Positions 10,000-17,830 of a stretch of 64,000 nt of DNA are shown here, piece by piece. Positions within the stretch are counted from its first letter, which is position 1, and each line of letters begins with the position of its first letter. A model generated the notes under the pieces. It ran no database searches, was not told the DNA's origin, and saw only the letters and a program-made list of their open reading frames with translations. This stretch comes from Vicinamibacterales bacterium (GTDB lineage: Bacteria; Acidobacteriota; Vicinamibacteria; Vicinamibacterales; 2-12-FULL-66-21). The DNA is taken from the NCBI GenBank assembly GCA_035495955.1, contig DATJFE010000067.1:19972-83971 (forward strand), read 5' to 3'. The translations under genes and the position numbers were made by a program.

Positions 10000-11367
10000 A
10001 TGAACAATGTCATCGATTTCATCAACACCAACCGCGACAAGTACGTCGACGAGCTGAAGGCCTACCTCGCCATTCCGAGCATCAGCGCTCTGCCCGAGCA
10101 TGCGGGGGACGTGAAGCGCGCCGCCGAATGGAGCGCGGAGGAGATGCAGCGCATCGGGATGCAGAACGTCCGCCTGATCGATACGCCGGGCTTTCCGGTC
10201 GTCTACGGCGACTGGCTGGGCGCCGCCGGCGCGCCGACGATTCTCTTCTACGGCCATTACGACGTGCAGCCGGTCGATCCCGTGGATCTCTGGGAGTCCC
10301 CTCCGTTCGAGGCGACCGTGCGCGACGGCGAGCTGTACGCGCGCGGGGCGGCCGACGACAAGGGGCAGGTCTTCATGCACTTCAAGGCGATCGAAGCGCA
10401 CCTGAAGCAGAACGGCCGCCTGCCGGTGAACATCCGCATCATCCTCGAAGGCGAAGAGGAGGTCGGCTCGGCCAATCTCGACAACTTCGTGAAGGCGCAC
10501 AAGGACGAGCTGAAGGCCGACGTGGTCGTCATCTCCGATTCGCCGATGTTCGACCGCGGGATCCCCTCGATCTGCTACGGCCTGCGGGGCCTCGTGTACT
10601 TCCAGATCGATCTTCGCGGCACGAAGTCCGATCTCCACTCAGGCTCGTTCGGCGGCGCCGTGGCCAATCCCGCATTCGTGCTGGCGAACATCCTGGCGCA
10701 GATGAAGGATCGCGGCGGTCACGTCAAGATTCCCGGTTTCTATGACGATGTGAGGGAGTTGCGGGAAGAGGAGCGGGAGCAGTGGCGGCGTCTGCCCTTC
10801 AACGAGAAGCGGTACGCGAAGGAGCTCGGCGCGCCGCGGCTCTGGGGCGAGACGGGATACTCCACGCTCGAACGCGTTTGGGCGCGGCCGACCTTCGAGG
10901 TCAACGGCATTCTCTCGGGCTTTACCGGCGAAGGCGCGAAGACCGTCATTCCCGCCATCGCGATGGCGAAGGTCAGCATGCGCCTCGTGCCGAACCAGGA
11001 TCCGGACAAGATCGCGCAGCTCTTCGAGGATTACGTCAAGAAGGTCGCGCCGAAAACGGTCGACGTGAAAGTGACGCGCATGCACGGCGGAAAGCCCTGG
11101 ATGACCGACTTCGACAACAAGTACGTGCAGGCCGCGGGCCGGGCGATTCAGAAAGGCTTCGGCCAGGAGCCGGTGTTCAATCGCGAGGGCGGCTCGATTC
11201 CGGTCGTCGCGACGTTCCAGGAGATCCTCGGGCTGCCGTCGGTATTGTTCGGCGTGGGCCTTCCGGACGAGAACGCGCACGCGCCGAACGAGAAACTGGA
11301 TCTGGGCAACTTCCACGGCGGCATCATTGCGTCCGCGTTTCTGTACGACGAGATTGCGAAGAGCTGA
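10000..11367 (+). CDS. M20 family dipeptidase (ArgE/DapE/CPG2-like)
   Basis: 455 aa: ...ILFYGHYDVQPVDPVDLWESPPFEATVRDGELYARGAADDKGQ...RIILEGEEEVGS... These are the classic M20 metal-binding blocks. Confidence 0.9.
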   Translation: MNNVIDFINTNRDKYVDELKAYLAIPSISALPEHAGDVKRAAEWSAEEMQRIGMQNVRLIDTPGFPVVYGDWLGAAGAPTILFYGHYDVQPVDPVDLWESPPFEATVRDGELYARGAADDKGQVFMHFKAIEAHLKQNGRLPVNIRIILEGEEEVGSANLDNFVKAHKDELKADVVVISDSPMFDRGIPSICYGLRGLVYFQIDLRGTKSDLHSGSFGGAVANPAFVLANILAQMKDRGGHVKIPGFYDDVRELREEEREQWRRLPFNEKRYAKELGAPRLWGETGYSTLERVWARPTFEVNGILSGFTGEGAKTVIPAIAMAKVSMRLVPNQDPDKIAQLFEDYVKKVAPKTVDVKVTRMHGGKPWMTDFDNKYVQAAGRAIQKGFGQEPVFNREGGSIPVVATFQEILGLPSVLFGVGLPDENAHAPNEKLDLGNFHGGIIASAFLYDEIAKS

Positions 11368-11380
11368 CGGCCGGTGGGGC

Positions 11381-11415
11381 ATGAGCCATGAGCCCTGAGC
11401 CATGAGCCATAGAGC
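11381..11415. repeat. heptamer tandem repeat atgagcc x5 containing the start codon of the next gene
   Basis: atgagcc atgagcc ctgagcc atgagcc atagagc. The ATG of the fourth unit (11402) is the lipoprotein start. ATG 11381 is in frame but hits TGA at 11396. Confidence 0.85.
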
Positions 11416-12064
11416 GGCCCTCGTCTTCGCCATCGCCGCGTGCGCATCCCTCAGCGCCTGCCACGATGCGGAGAAAGAGCGCATCAAGGAGACGACCAGG
11501 CCGACCTACGACAAGAAGACCGGCAGGCTGACGCAGCTCACCTACGATCGCAACAAGAACGGCAAAATCGACACGTGGACCGACATGAACGGGGCGACGC
11601 CCGTCCAGTCGCGGATCGATCTCGACGAGGACGGAAAGATCGATCGCTGGGAGTACTACGGCCCAAACGGCAAGCTCCTCAAGGTCGGCTTCTCGCGGAA
11701 GAACGACGGCAAGGTCGACGCCTGGGCGTTTGCCGGGCCCGACGGCAAGGTGCTCAGGGTGGAAATCTCCTCGACCGGCGACGAGAGGAAGATCGACCGC
11801 TGGGAGCGCTACGATCCGGCGCGCATCGGCGCCGACGGCGATCTGTCGAAGGCGCTCGCCAGCGCGGAGGAAGATACGAACGGGGATGGAAAGCCGGACA
11901 AGTGGGAGACCTACGAGAACGGAGCCCTCAAGATCGTCGCGTTCGACGAGAACGCCGACGGCAAGCCCGATCGCCGGATGACGTACGAGAACGGACAGCT
12001 CGTTCTGATCGAAAGCGAGCCCGACACGACAGGCGCGTTCACGAGGCGCGTCCGGGTGAAATAA
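11402..12064 (+). CDS. lipoprotein with repeated Dx[DN]xDGKxD (EF-hand-like) motifs
   Basis: 220 aa. Lipobox ASLSAC. Repeats DRNKNGKIDTW, DLDEDGKIDRW, RKNDGKVDAW, DTNGDGKPDKW, DENADGKPDRR alternate with short beta-like segments. Confidence 0.7.
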   Translation: MSHRAALVFAIAACASLSACHDAEKERIKETTRPTYDKKTGRLTQLTYDRNKNGKIDTWTDMNGATPVQSRIDLDEDGKIDRWEYYGPNGKLLKVGFSRKNDGKVDAWAFAGPDGKVLRVEISSTGDERKIDRWERYDPARIGADGDLSKALASAEEDTNGDGKPDKWETYENGALKIVAFDENADGKPDRRMTYENGQLVLIESEPDTTGAFTRRVRVK

Positions 12065-12079
12065 TGTGAGGGAGAGACC

Positions 12080-13042
12080 ATGACCTCAGGGCCCAGGGTA
12101 TACGTCGCCGGGCACCGCGGCCTCGTCGGATCGGCCGTCGTGCGGCGGCTCCAGCGGAATCACAGCGTCCACGTCCTCACCGCGACGCGCGAACAGCTCG
12201 ATCTCCGCGACCAGGCCGCGGTGAACTACTGGTTCAAGGCCAATCGCCCGGAATATGTGTACCTCGTCGCCGGCACGGTCGGCGGGATCCTGGCCAATTC
12301 CACGCGCCCTGCGGAGTTCATCTACGACAACATGATGATTCACGCGACCGTCGTCGAGGCGGCTCACCGGTTCGGCGTGAAGAAGCTGCTGTACCTCGGG
12401 AGCTCGTGCATCTATCCGCGCAACTGCGACCAGCCGATGCGCGAGGAGGAGCTGCTCACCGGCGCGCTCGAGCCGACGAACGAGTCCTACGCGGTCGCCA
12501 AGATTGCCGGCATCAAGCTGTGCCAGGCATACCGGACCCAGTACGGCGACGATTTCATCTCGGCGATGCCGACGAATCTCTACGGGCCGAACGACAACTT
12601 CGATCTCGCCAGCTCGCACGTGCTGCCGGCGATGATCCGTAAGTTCCACGAGGCGAAGATCGCCGGCGCACGCGAAGTCGTCATTTGGGGCACCGGGTCG
12701 CCGCGGCGCGAGTTCCTGCACGTCGACGATCTCGCCGACGCGTGCATGTTCCTGATGGACCGCTACGACGAGGCGCCGCACATCAACGTCGGCACAGGCG
12801 AGGATTTGAGCATCCGTGAGCTCGCCGAGATGGTCCGATCCGTCGTCCATCCAGACGCGACGCTCGCCTTCGACACGTCCAAGCCCGACGGCATGCCGCG
12901 GAAGCTGCTCGATGTCTCGCGTCTACACGCGCTCGGCTGGCGCCATCGGATCGGCCTGCGCGACGGCATCGCTTCGACCTACCAGTGGTTCCTCACCCAC
13001 CAGGGAAGTCTGCGCGCCGGCCACGTCGCGCGCACGGCCTGA
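12080..13042 (+). CDS. fcl: GDP-L-fucose synthase (GDP-4-keto-6-deoxymannose 3,5-epimerase/4-reductase)
   Basis: 320 aa. [18 protein letters not shown] Rossmann motif, LGSSCIYPR and YAVAKIAG (YxxxK) motifs, length typical of Fcl/WcaG. Confidence 0.9.
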   Translation: MTSGPRVYVAGHRGLVGSAVVRRLQRNHSVHVLTATREQLDLRDQAAVNYWFKANRPEYVYLVAGTVGGILANSTRPAEFIYDNMMIHATVVEAAHRFGVKKLLYLGSSCIYPRNCDQPMREEELLTGALEPTNESYAVAKIAGIKLCQAYRTQYGDDFISAMPTNLYGPNDNFDLASSHVLPAMIRKFHEAKIAGAREVVIWGTGSPRREFLHVDDLADACMFLMDRYDEAPHINVGTGEDLSIRELAEMVRSVVHPDATLAFDTSKPDGMPRKLLDVSRLHALGWRHRIGLRDGIASTYQWFLTHQGSLRAGHVARTA

Positions 13043-13047
13043 GAGAA

Positions 13048-13779
13048 ATGTCGCTGCGAATCGGATTCGACATGGATGGCGTGCTCGCCGACTTCGACTC
13101 GGCCTTTCGCGCCGTCGCGGAGCGCCTCTATGGGGCGCCGACGCCGCCGACGGGCGACGCCGATCCTGAAGCCGAACCGCGCGCGCAAGCCGAAGAAGAA
13201 GAAAAAAACGCGAGCGGCGACGAGGGGCAGGCGGGCGCGGAAGAGGCGAAGCAGCACGTTCATGCTCTTCGGCGCCGGCGCGATGCAGTCTGGCAGACGA
13301 TCGCCTCGACTCCCGACTTTTGGATGACGCTCAGGCCGGTGCAGGACGACGCCGTGCGGCGCATCCACGAGCTGGCGCTGCGCCATCGATGGGAGGTGTT
13401 CTTCCTCACGCAGCGGCCCGCAACCGAAGGCGATTCGGTCCAGCGCCAGACGCAGCAGTGGCTCATCGCGCAGGGATTCGATCTGCCGAGCGTGCTGCCG
13501 ATCGCCGGCTCGCGCGGCGCCGCCGCCGGCGCGCTTCGGCTTGATTATCACGTCGACGACAGCGCCAGAAACTGCATCGACATCAAGGCGGAATCCAGCG
13601 CAAAGCCGCTCCTGATCGTCGAATCCGGCGACACAGCCATGATCGCCCGCGCGCGGAGCCTCGGCATCGGCACCGCCGCCTCGATCTCGGAGTGCCTCAC
13701 GATTCTCGAAGAAGCGACGCTGAAGCAGGCCCAGCCGCGGCTGCTGCACAAGCTCGCGCAGCTCGTGGGGTGGGATTGA
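13048..13779 (+). CDS. HAD-superfamily hydrolase, 5'(3')-deoxyribonucleotidase (NT5C)-like, with an acidic low-complexity insert
   Basis: In-frame ATG 13048, 5 nt after the fcl stop, preceded by gagaga. MSLRIGFDMDGVLADFDSAF (DxDGV motif)...FFLTQRP...WL. Insert EAEPRAQAEEEEKNASGDEGQAGAEEAK. Confidence 0.6.
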   Translation: MSLRIGFDMDGVLADFDSAFRAVAERLYGAPTPPTGDADPEAEPRAQAEEEEKNASGDEGQAGAEEAKQHVHALRRRRDAVWQTIASTPDFWMTLRPVQDDAVRRIHELALRHRWEVFFLTQRPATEGDSVQRQTQQWLIAQGFDLPSVLPIAGSRGAAAGALRLDYHVDDSARNCIDIKAESSAKPLLIVESGDTAMIARARSLGIGTAASISECLTILEEATLKQAQPRLLHKLAQLVGWD

Positions 13780-13780
13780 T

Positions 13781-13850
13781 CGGAGGTCGGGTGACGGAGG
13801 TCGGGTGACGGGGGTCGGGTGAGGGGGGTCGCGTGCCGGGGGTTCGAGGT
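13781..13850. repeat. 14-nt tandem repeat cggaggtcgggtga x~5, G-rich on the + strand, starting 2 nt after the stop
   Basis: cggaggtcgggtga cggaggtcgggtga cgggggtcgggtga ggggggtcgcgtgc cgggggttcgaggt. It contains a canonical G4 motif at 13803-13828 (GGG-4-GGGGG-2-GGG-3-GGGGGG). Confidence 0.85.
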
Positions 13851-13863
13851 TCCGAGCGGTCGT

Positions 13864-13902
13864 TACGAAAAAAGAAAGGCCGGACCCCGCGGATCCGGCC
13901 TT
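13864..13902 (-). terminator. intrinsic terminator on the minus strand
   Basis: Minus-strand reading: aaggccgga-tccgcgggg-tccggcctt (9-bp stem, 13876-13884 pairs with 13894-13902), followed by tcttttttcg. Confidence 0.8.
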
Positions 13903-14119
13903 GCCTCCCTCCCGAGCGAATCGGAAATCCGATTAGCACGAGGAGTGCCAGCTTCAGCCGCTCGTCTGCACCTTTGGTCCGACGTCTGGACGCTGCAGGT
14001 AACCTGCACCGCGACCGTCAGTTATCAACGATGACTTTTGACAACGACCTTCGTTGGACCGATCGTCGGCGCGGCCCGGATTCAAGGGCTTGAATCCGGA
14101 GATCCAAACGGGAGTTGTG

Positions 14120-15073
14120 TCAGTTGAAACCGGCAACCCGGCGACGCAGCGTCTTCACGTGCTCCCAGATTTGCGCTGACTCCGAAGACGCGCGTTCCTC
14201 TTCATTGCTCTCGTCTTGCATCGCGTGCGGATCCGGATCCGCGCCGTCGCCGTGCGGCATCAGACGTAGGTACGCTTCGAGATCGCGCAGCGCCGACGCG
14301 AAATCTTCCATGTGATACGCGAGAAGGCCGCGGTCGCGAAGCTCCGAGAGCGCCGAAGGGTCGACCGCGAGCAGCAGGTTCGCGATTGCGCGCGCTTGCG
14401 GAAACGATCGCATCCGCACGTAGAGCCGCTTGAGATTGACCAGCATACGCACGACGATGTGCTGGCGGGTGGCGGTGGCGAGGAGCGCGCGATCGAACGC
14501 CGCCTCCTCGCCGAGATGCTGCCGCAGCAGTTGGCGGCAGTCGACTTCCGACAGCAGGGCGCCGGCATGGAATGGATCGATGATCGCATCCTCGGCACCC
14601 GTCTCGCGCTCGCCTGGCGCGCGCACGAGGAAGTGGCCGGGGAAGTTGACGCCTTCGAGCCTGAGTCCGGCGCGGCGGCCGATCTCCATGTAGATCGCCG
14701 CGAGGCTGATTGGAATCCCGAGCCGTCGATCGAGGACCTCGTTCAGGAAACTGTTTCGTGGATCGTCGTAGCGATCGCGGTTGCCGCTGAAGCCCAGCTC
14801 TTCGTAAAGGTAGGTATTGAGCGTCGCAATGCGCGCCGCGGTGCCCGCGGCATCCTGCCGCCGCAGCCGTCCCGATGCGGCTTCCCCCATTCGCTCCAGG
14901 CGCTGCAGGTACGGAGCGGGGTCGAGCGCCGGGTACTCCACGCGCGCGATCGCCAGGGCCGCCGGCGCCAGCGCCTCCCCGGGCTCGTTCAGCGCGCCAA
15001 GCAGATCTTCGGTGATCTGCGGAAGCCGCGACTGCAGGGACAGCGGCACGGAGCGATTGTAACGCGGACGCAC
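14120..15073 (-). CDS. SirB1/YchA-like protein (transglutaminase-like N-domain + TPR)
   Basis: 317 aa: ...LNTYLYEELGFSGNRDRYDDPRNSFLNEVLDRRLGIPISLAAIYMEIGRRAGLRLEGVNFPGHFLVR... then TPR-like ...ARAIANLLLAVDPSALSELRDRGLLAYHMEDFASALRDLEAYL. GTG start at 15073. Confidence 0.8.
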   Translation of the reverse strand: MRPRYNRSVPLSLQSRLPQITEDLLGALNEPGEALAPAALAIARVEYPALDPAPYLQRLERMGEAASGRLRRQDAAGTAARIATLNTYLYEELGFSGNRDRYDDPRNSFLNEVLDRRLGIPISLAAIYMEIGRRAGLRLEGVNFPGHFLVRAPGERETGAEDAIIDPFHAGALLSEVDCRQLLRQHLGEEAAFDRALLATATRQHIVVRMLVNLKRLYVRMRSFPQARAIANLLLAVDPSALSELRDRGLLAYHMEDFASALRDLEAYLRLMPHGDGADPDPHAMQDESNEEERASSESAQIWEHVKTLRRRVAGFN

Positions 15074-15111
15074 TCAGGGGATATCGACGGCGGCCGCCGT
15101 GGGCTGCAGGC

Positions 15112-15222
15112 TCCGCAGCTCCCAACTCTCAGCTCCCCCATCCCCACTCCCAATCCGCGAGATCCGACATCCCACATCCGACCCCCGCCCCCGACCCCCG
15201 CCCCCCGACCCCCGACTCCCGA
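15112..15222. repeat. composite C-rich (on +) short-repeat tract between two minus-strand genes
   Basis: cagctcccaactctcagctcccccatccccactcccaatcc...gacccccgcccccgacccccgccccccgacccccgactcccgac. The right part (15182-15220) is a multi-tract G4 motif on the minus strand, directly after the HAD stop (15223-15225). Confidence 0.8.
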
Positions 15223-15879
15223 CTACAGGCGGCGGACGAACTCGGCCGTGATGGCATCCAGCGAGTCGACCACCACGTCGGCTTCGGTCAGCTTCTCGCG
15301 GGAATACGTGTGGGTCACCGCGATAGTCCGCATGCCCGCGCCGCGCGCCGACTGCAGCCCCCAGTGCGAGTCCTCGATCGCCGCGCAGCGCGCCGGATCG
15401 ACGCCGTGCAGTTCCGCGGCTCTGAGGTAGGGGTCCGGCGCCGGCTTGGTGCGTTCCGTATCGCCGGACGCGACGATGAAGCGGAACGCGCCGTCGAGGC
15501 CCGCGCCGCGCAGCATCAGCTCGATGTCGCGCCGCAGAGCGCCCGAGGCGATCCCGATCGGCCAGTGCGCCGACAGCCGGCGCACGCATGCGGCCGCGCC
15601 GCCATACAGGACGTCGGTGCCCGCGACGAGCGCCTCGAACCGGCGGCCCTTCTCGGCGATCAGCATCTCGATCTCCTCGTCGCCGAGCAGCAGTCCGTAA
15701 TCCGACGCCACCTGCCTGAACACGCCCTCGTCGTCGAATCCGAGATAGCGCGCGCAGTATTGCTCCTTCGTCAGCGAGACTCCGGCGGGCGCGAACAGTT
15801 CCTGATAAGTCCGCAGGTGGAGCGGCTCGGAGTCGGCCAGGACGCCGTCGAAATCGAAGACGATGGCTTTGATTGGCAT
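15223..15879 (-). CDS. HAD family hydrolase (beta-phosphoglucomutase/phosphatase-like)
   Basis: MPIKAIVFDFDGVLADSEPLHLRTYQELF... is the classic HAD motif I. ...IASGALRRDIE... then ...IEDSHWGLQSARGAGMRTIAV. ATG 15879 preferred; GTG 15915 is an alternative. Confidence 0.85.
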   Translation of the reverse strand: MPIKAIVFDFDGVLADSEPLHLRTYQELFAPAGVSLTKEQYCARYLGFDDEGVFRQVASDYGLLLGDEEIEMLIAEKGRRFEALVAGTDVLYGGAAACVRRLSAHWPIGIASGALRRDIELMLRGAGLDGAFRFIVASGDTERTKPAPDPYLRAAELHGVDPARCAAIEDSHWGLQSARGAGMRTIAVTHTYSREKLTEADVVVDSLDAITAEFVRRL

Positions 15880-15893
15880 CTCTCTCAACAGGC

Positions 15894-15951
15894 GATCAGG
15901 AGACCAGAGACTCACTCTCCTTGTACTGAAGATTCTCCTGTTCTCCTGATC
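15894..15951. repeat. 10-bp inverted repeat gatcaggaga / tctcctgatc in a caggag-rich spacer
   Basis: 15894-15903 gatcaggaga and 15942-15951 tctcctgatc. The same caggag/ctcctg words fill spacer 5460-5637. Confidence 0.65.
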
Positions 15952-15967
15952 TCCTGTGTCGCCGTCC

Positions 15968-16579
15968 TCACCGGTGCGGGGCAGCGAGGCGCTCGCCTGC
16001 GCGAATCGGAACTTTCAGCCGGTTCTCCGCGGGAGGGTACGGGCAGTCATAGGCGGGATTGAACAGGCAGAACGGGTGAAACGCGCGATTGAGATCCAAA
16101 TCGTAAAACCCCGTCGCCGTGCGTTCGAGCTCGAGATAGCGGCCCCCCTGATAGGTTTCGACGCCGTTGGTCAGGTCGCCGAACGGCACGAACAGCCGCC
16201 GCATGTCCTTTTCGCCCGCCTCGATGAACGCTCCCAGCGTCATCGGTCGTCCCTGGAGCGTGAACGACAGCGTGCCGACGCGCTGCATCTTCCGTCGCTG
16301 CCCTGTCGACGTCGGCATCTCGACGACCGGTCCCGGAGGCGCGGGCTGCAGGACCGCGGGAACGCGATAGGCCGGATCGACGGGAAAATATGACAGCGGT
16401 GGGAAGGACGCGCGCTGGGCTTCGGGAACGGGCGAATCCGCCGATTCGCGCATGAAACGGTCCTTTTGGGCGTGCCACTCCGCGATCTGGTCTGGGTAAG
16501 GCAGAGGTTCACGGCTGCAGGCTCCGGCGGCAATCGCGATCGCGCCGACCATCAGCCGCCGCCGAATCGAAGGTCCCAT
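15968..16579 (-). CDS. DUF1684 domain-containing lipoprotein
   Basis: 203 aa. Lipobox AAGAC. ...WHAQKDRFMRESADSP...FPPLSYFPVDPAYRV...GRYLELERTATGFYDLDLNRAFHPFCLFNPAYDCPYPPAENRLKVPIRAGE matches my memory of DUF1684. Confidence 0.8.
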   Translation of the reverse strand: MGPSIRRRLMVGAIAIAAGACSREPLPYPDQIAEWHAQKDRFMRESADSPVPEAQRASFPPLSYFPVDPAYRVPAVLQPAPPGPVVEMPTSTGQRRKMQRVGTLSFTLQGRPMTLGAFIEAGEKDMRRLFVPFGDLTNGVETYQGGRYLELERTATGFYDLDLNRAFHPFCLFNPAYDCPYPPAENRLKVPIRAGERLAAPHR

Positions 16580-16608
16580 CTCGTGTCGTGATATTTATAT
16601 CCTTTCTC

Positions 16609-17817
16609 ATGAACCGCATAGCTGGGGGCCTGCTTCTCCTTCTTGGCGTCGCCGCGTGCGGCCGCGACCGGGGACTCCAGGCGGCCGAAGGGCAGAAGGC
16701 GCGCCGCGTCAAGATCGAAACGGCGCAGGTCCGCGACGTCCGCCGCCAGGTCGATCTCGTCGGCACGCTTGCCGCGCAGGAGGAAGCCGTCGTCAGCGCC
16801 GAGGTTGCCGGGCGGGTCTCGCGCGTCGTTCGGGACCTGGGCGATCGGGTCGCGGCGGGCACGCCGCTGCTGGAGCTGGACCCCGAAAAACTGCAATATC
16901 GCGCCGAGGCGCAGCGCGCCGCGCTCGATCAGGCGCGCGCCCGCTACGGCGCGTCTGCCGGAGGGGAGCTGCCGCCGCTCGAGAAGGTTCCTACCGTCGT
17001 CAGCACGGCCGCGCAGATGGCCGACGCGCGGCAGCAGCTCGATCGGGCGACGAACCTGTCGTCGCGCAGCCTGCTGTCGCGATCGGATTTCGAGGCGGCG
17101 CAGACGCGATACGACACGGCGAAAGCGGCGCACGATCAGGCGCTCGCATCGGCGCGTCAGCTCCGGGCGGACATCGAAGCCCAGGCCTCGTCGCTCCGCC
17201 TGGCGGAGCGAGAGCTGCGCGACTCGGTGATCCGCGCGCCTTTCGACGGGTACGTCGCCGAACGCCTCGTCTCGCAGGGCCAGTTCGTCCAGCCGCAGGC
17301 GCCGGTCGTCCGTCTCGTCCGGCTGCAGCCGCTGAAGCTCACGGCGGAAGTGCCCGAGAAGTTTGCGCCCTGGATCGAAACGGGCCGGGCGCTCGCCATC
17401 AAGGTCGACGCGTTTCCCGATCGGACGTTCGCGGGCAAGGTCGTGCGCATCTCTCCAGCCGTCAGTCTGAAGTCCCGCGCGTTCGCCATCGAGGGAGAAG
17501 TGCCGAACCCCGACGGCAGGCTGAAGCCCGGCACTTTCGCGCGCGTTCAGATCGCGACCGATCGCGTCGAGCGCGCGGTCACCATCCCCGCCGCCGCGGT
17601 GCAGAGCCGCTACGGCACCAACCGCGTCTTCCTGGTGCAGAACGGACAGCTCGTGGGGCGCGAGGTCGTTCTCGGCGATCGCGTGGGCGACCGCGTGGAA
17701 GTCTCACAGGGGCTCGAGGCCGGCACGCCGATCGTCGCGGACGATGTCGAACAACTCGCGGAGGGGATGAAAGTAACTCCCAACTCCACAACTCTCAACT
17801 CCCAAGGCGTTCGGTGA
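16609..17817 (+). CDS. efflux RND transporter periplasmic adaptor subunit (MFP/HlyD family)
   Basis: MNRIAGGLLLLLGVAACG lipobox, coiled-coil hairpin region, then beta-barrel ...VIRAPFDGYVAERLVSQGQFV... ATG 16609 (GTG 16588 alternative). The C-terminal tail TPNSTTLNSQGVR is encoded by a heptamer repeat. Confidence 0.9.
   Translation: MNRIAGGLLLLLGVAACGRDRGLQAAEGQKARRVKIETAQVRDVRRQVDLVGTLAAQEEAVVSAEVAGRVSRVVRDLGDRVAAGTPLLELDPEKLQYRAEAQRAALDQARARYGASAGGELPPLEKVPTVVSTAAQMADARQQLDRATNLSSRSLLSRSDFEAAQTRYDTAKAAHDQALASARQLRADIEAQASSLRLAERELRDSVIRAPFDGYVAERLVSQGQFVQPQAPVVRLVRLQPLKLTAEVPEKFAPWIETGRALAIKVDAFPDRTFAGKVVRISPAVSLKSRAFAIEGEVPNPDGRLKPGTFARVQIATDRVERAVTIPAAAVQSRYGTNRVFLVQNGQLVGREVVLGDRVGDRVEVSQGLEAGTPIVADDVEQLAEGMKVTPNSTTLNSQGVR
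17775..17805. repeat. heptamer repeat caactcc x4 inside the 3' end of the adaptor gene
   Basis: aactcc caactcc acaactc tcaactcc. This is the reverse complement of the gggagtt-type repeats at 4331 and 26868. Confidence 0.75.
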
Positions 17818-17830
17818 GGTCGTTGAGTTC

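Noticed and set aside
13864-14119. Assignment of the non-coding region to tmRNA, SRP RNA, RNase P RNA or 6S RNA
   Set aside because: I could not find the diagnostic elements: no tRNA-like ends or tag ORF ending in a typical tag, no GGAA/AGCA SRP loop pattern, and no GAGGAAAGUCC-type RNase P motif. It is kept only as an unclassified candidate.
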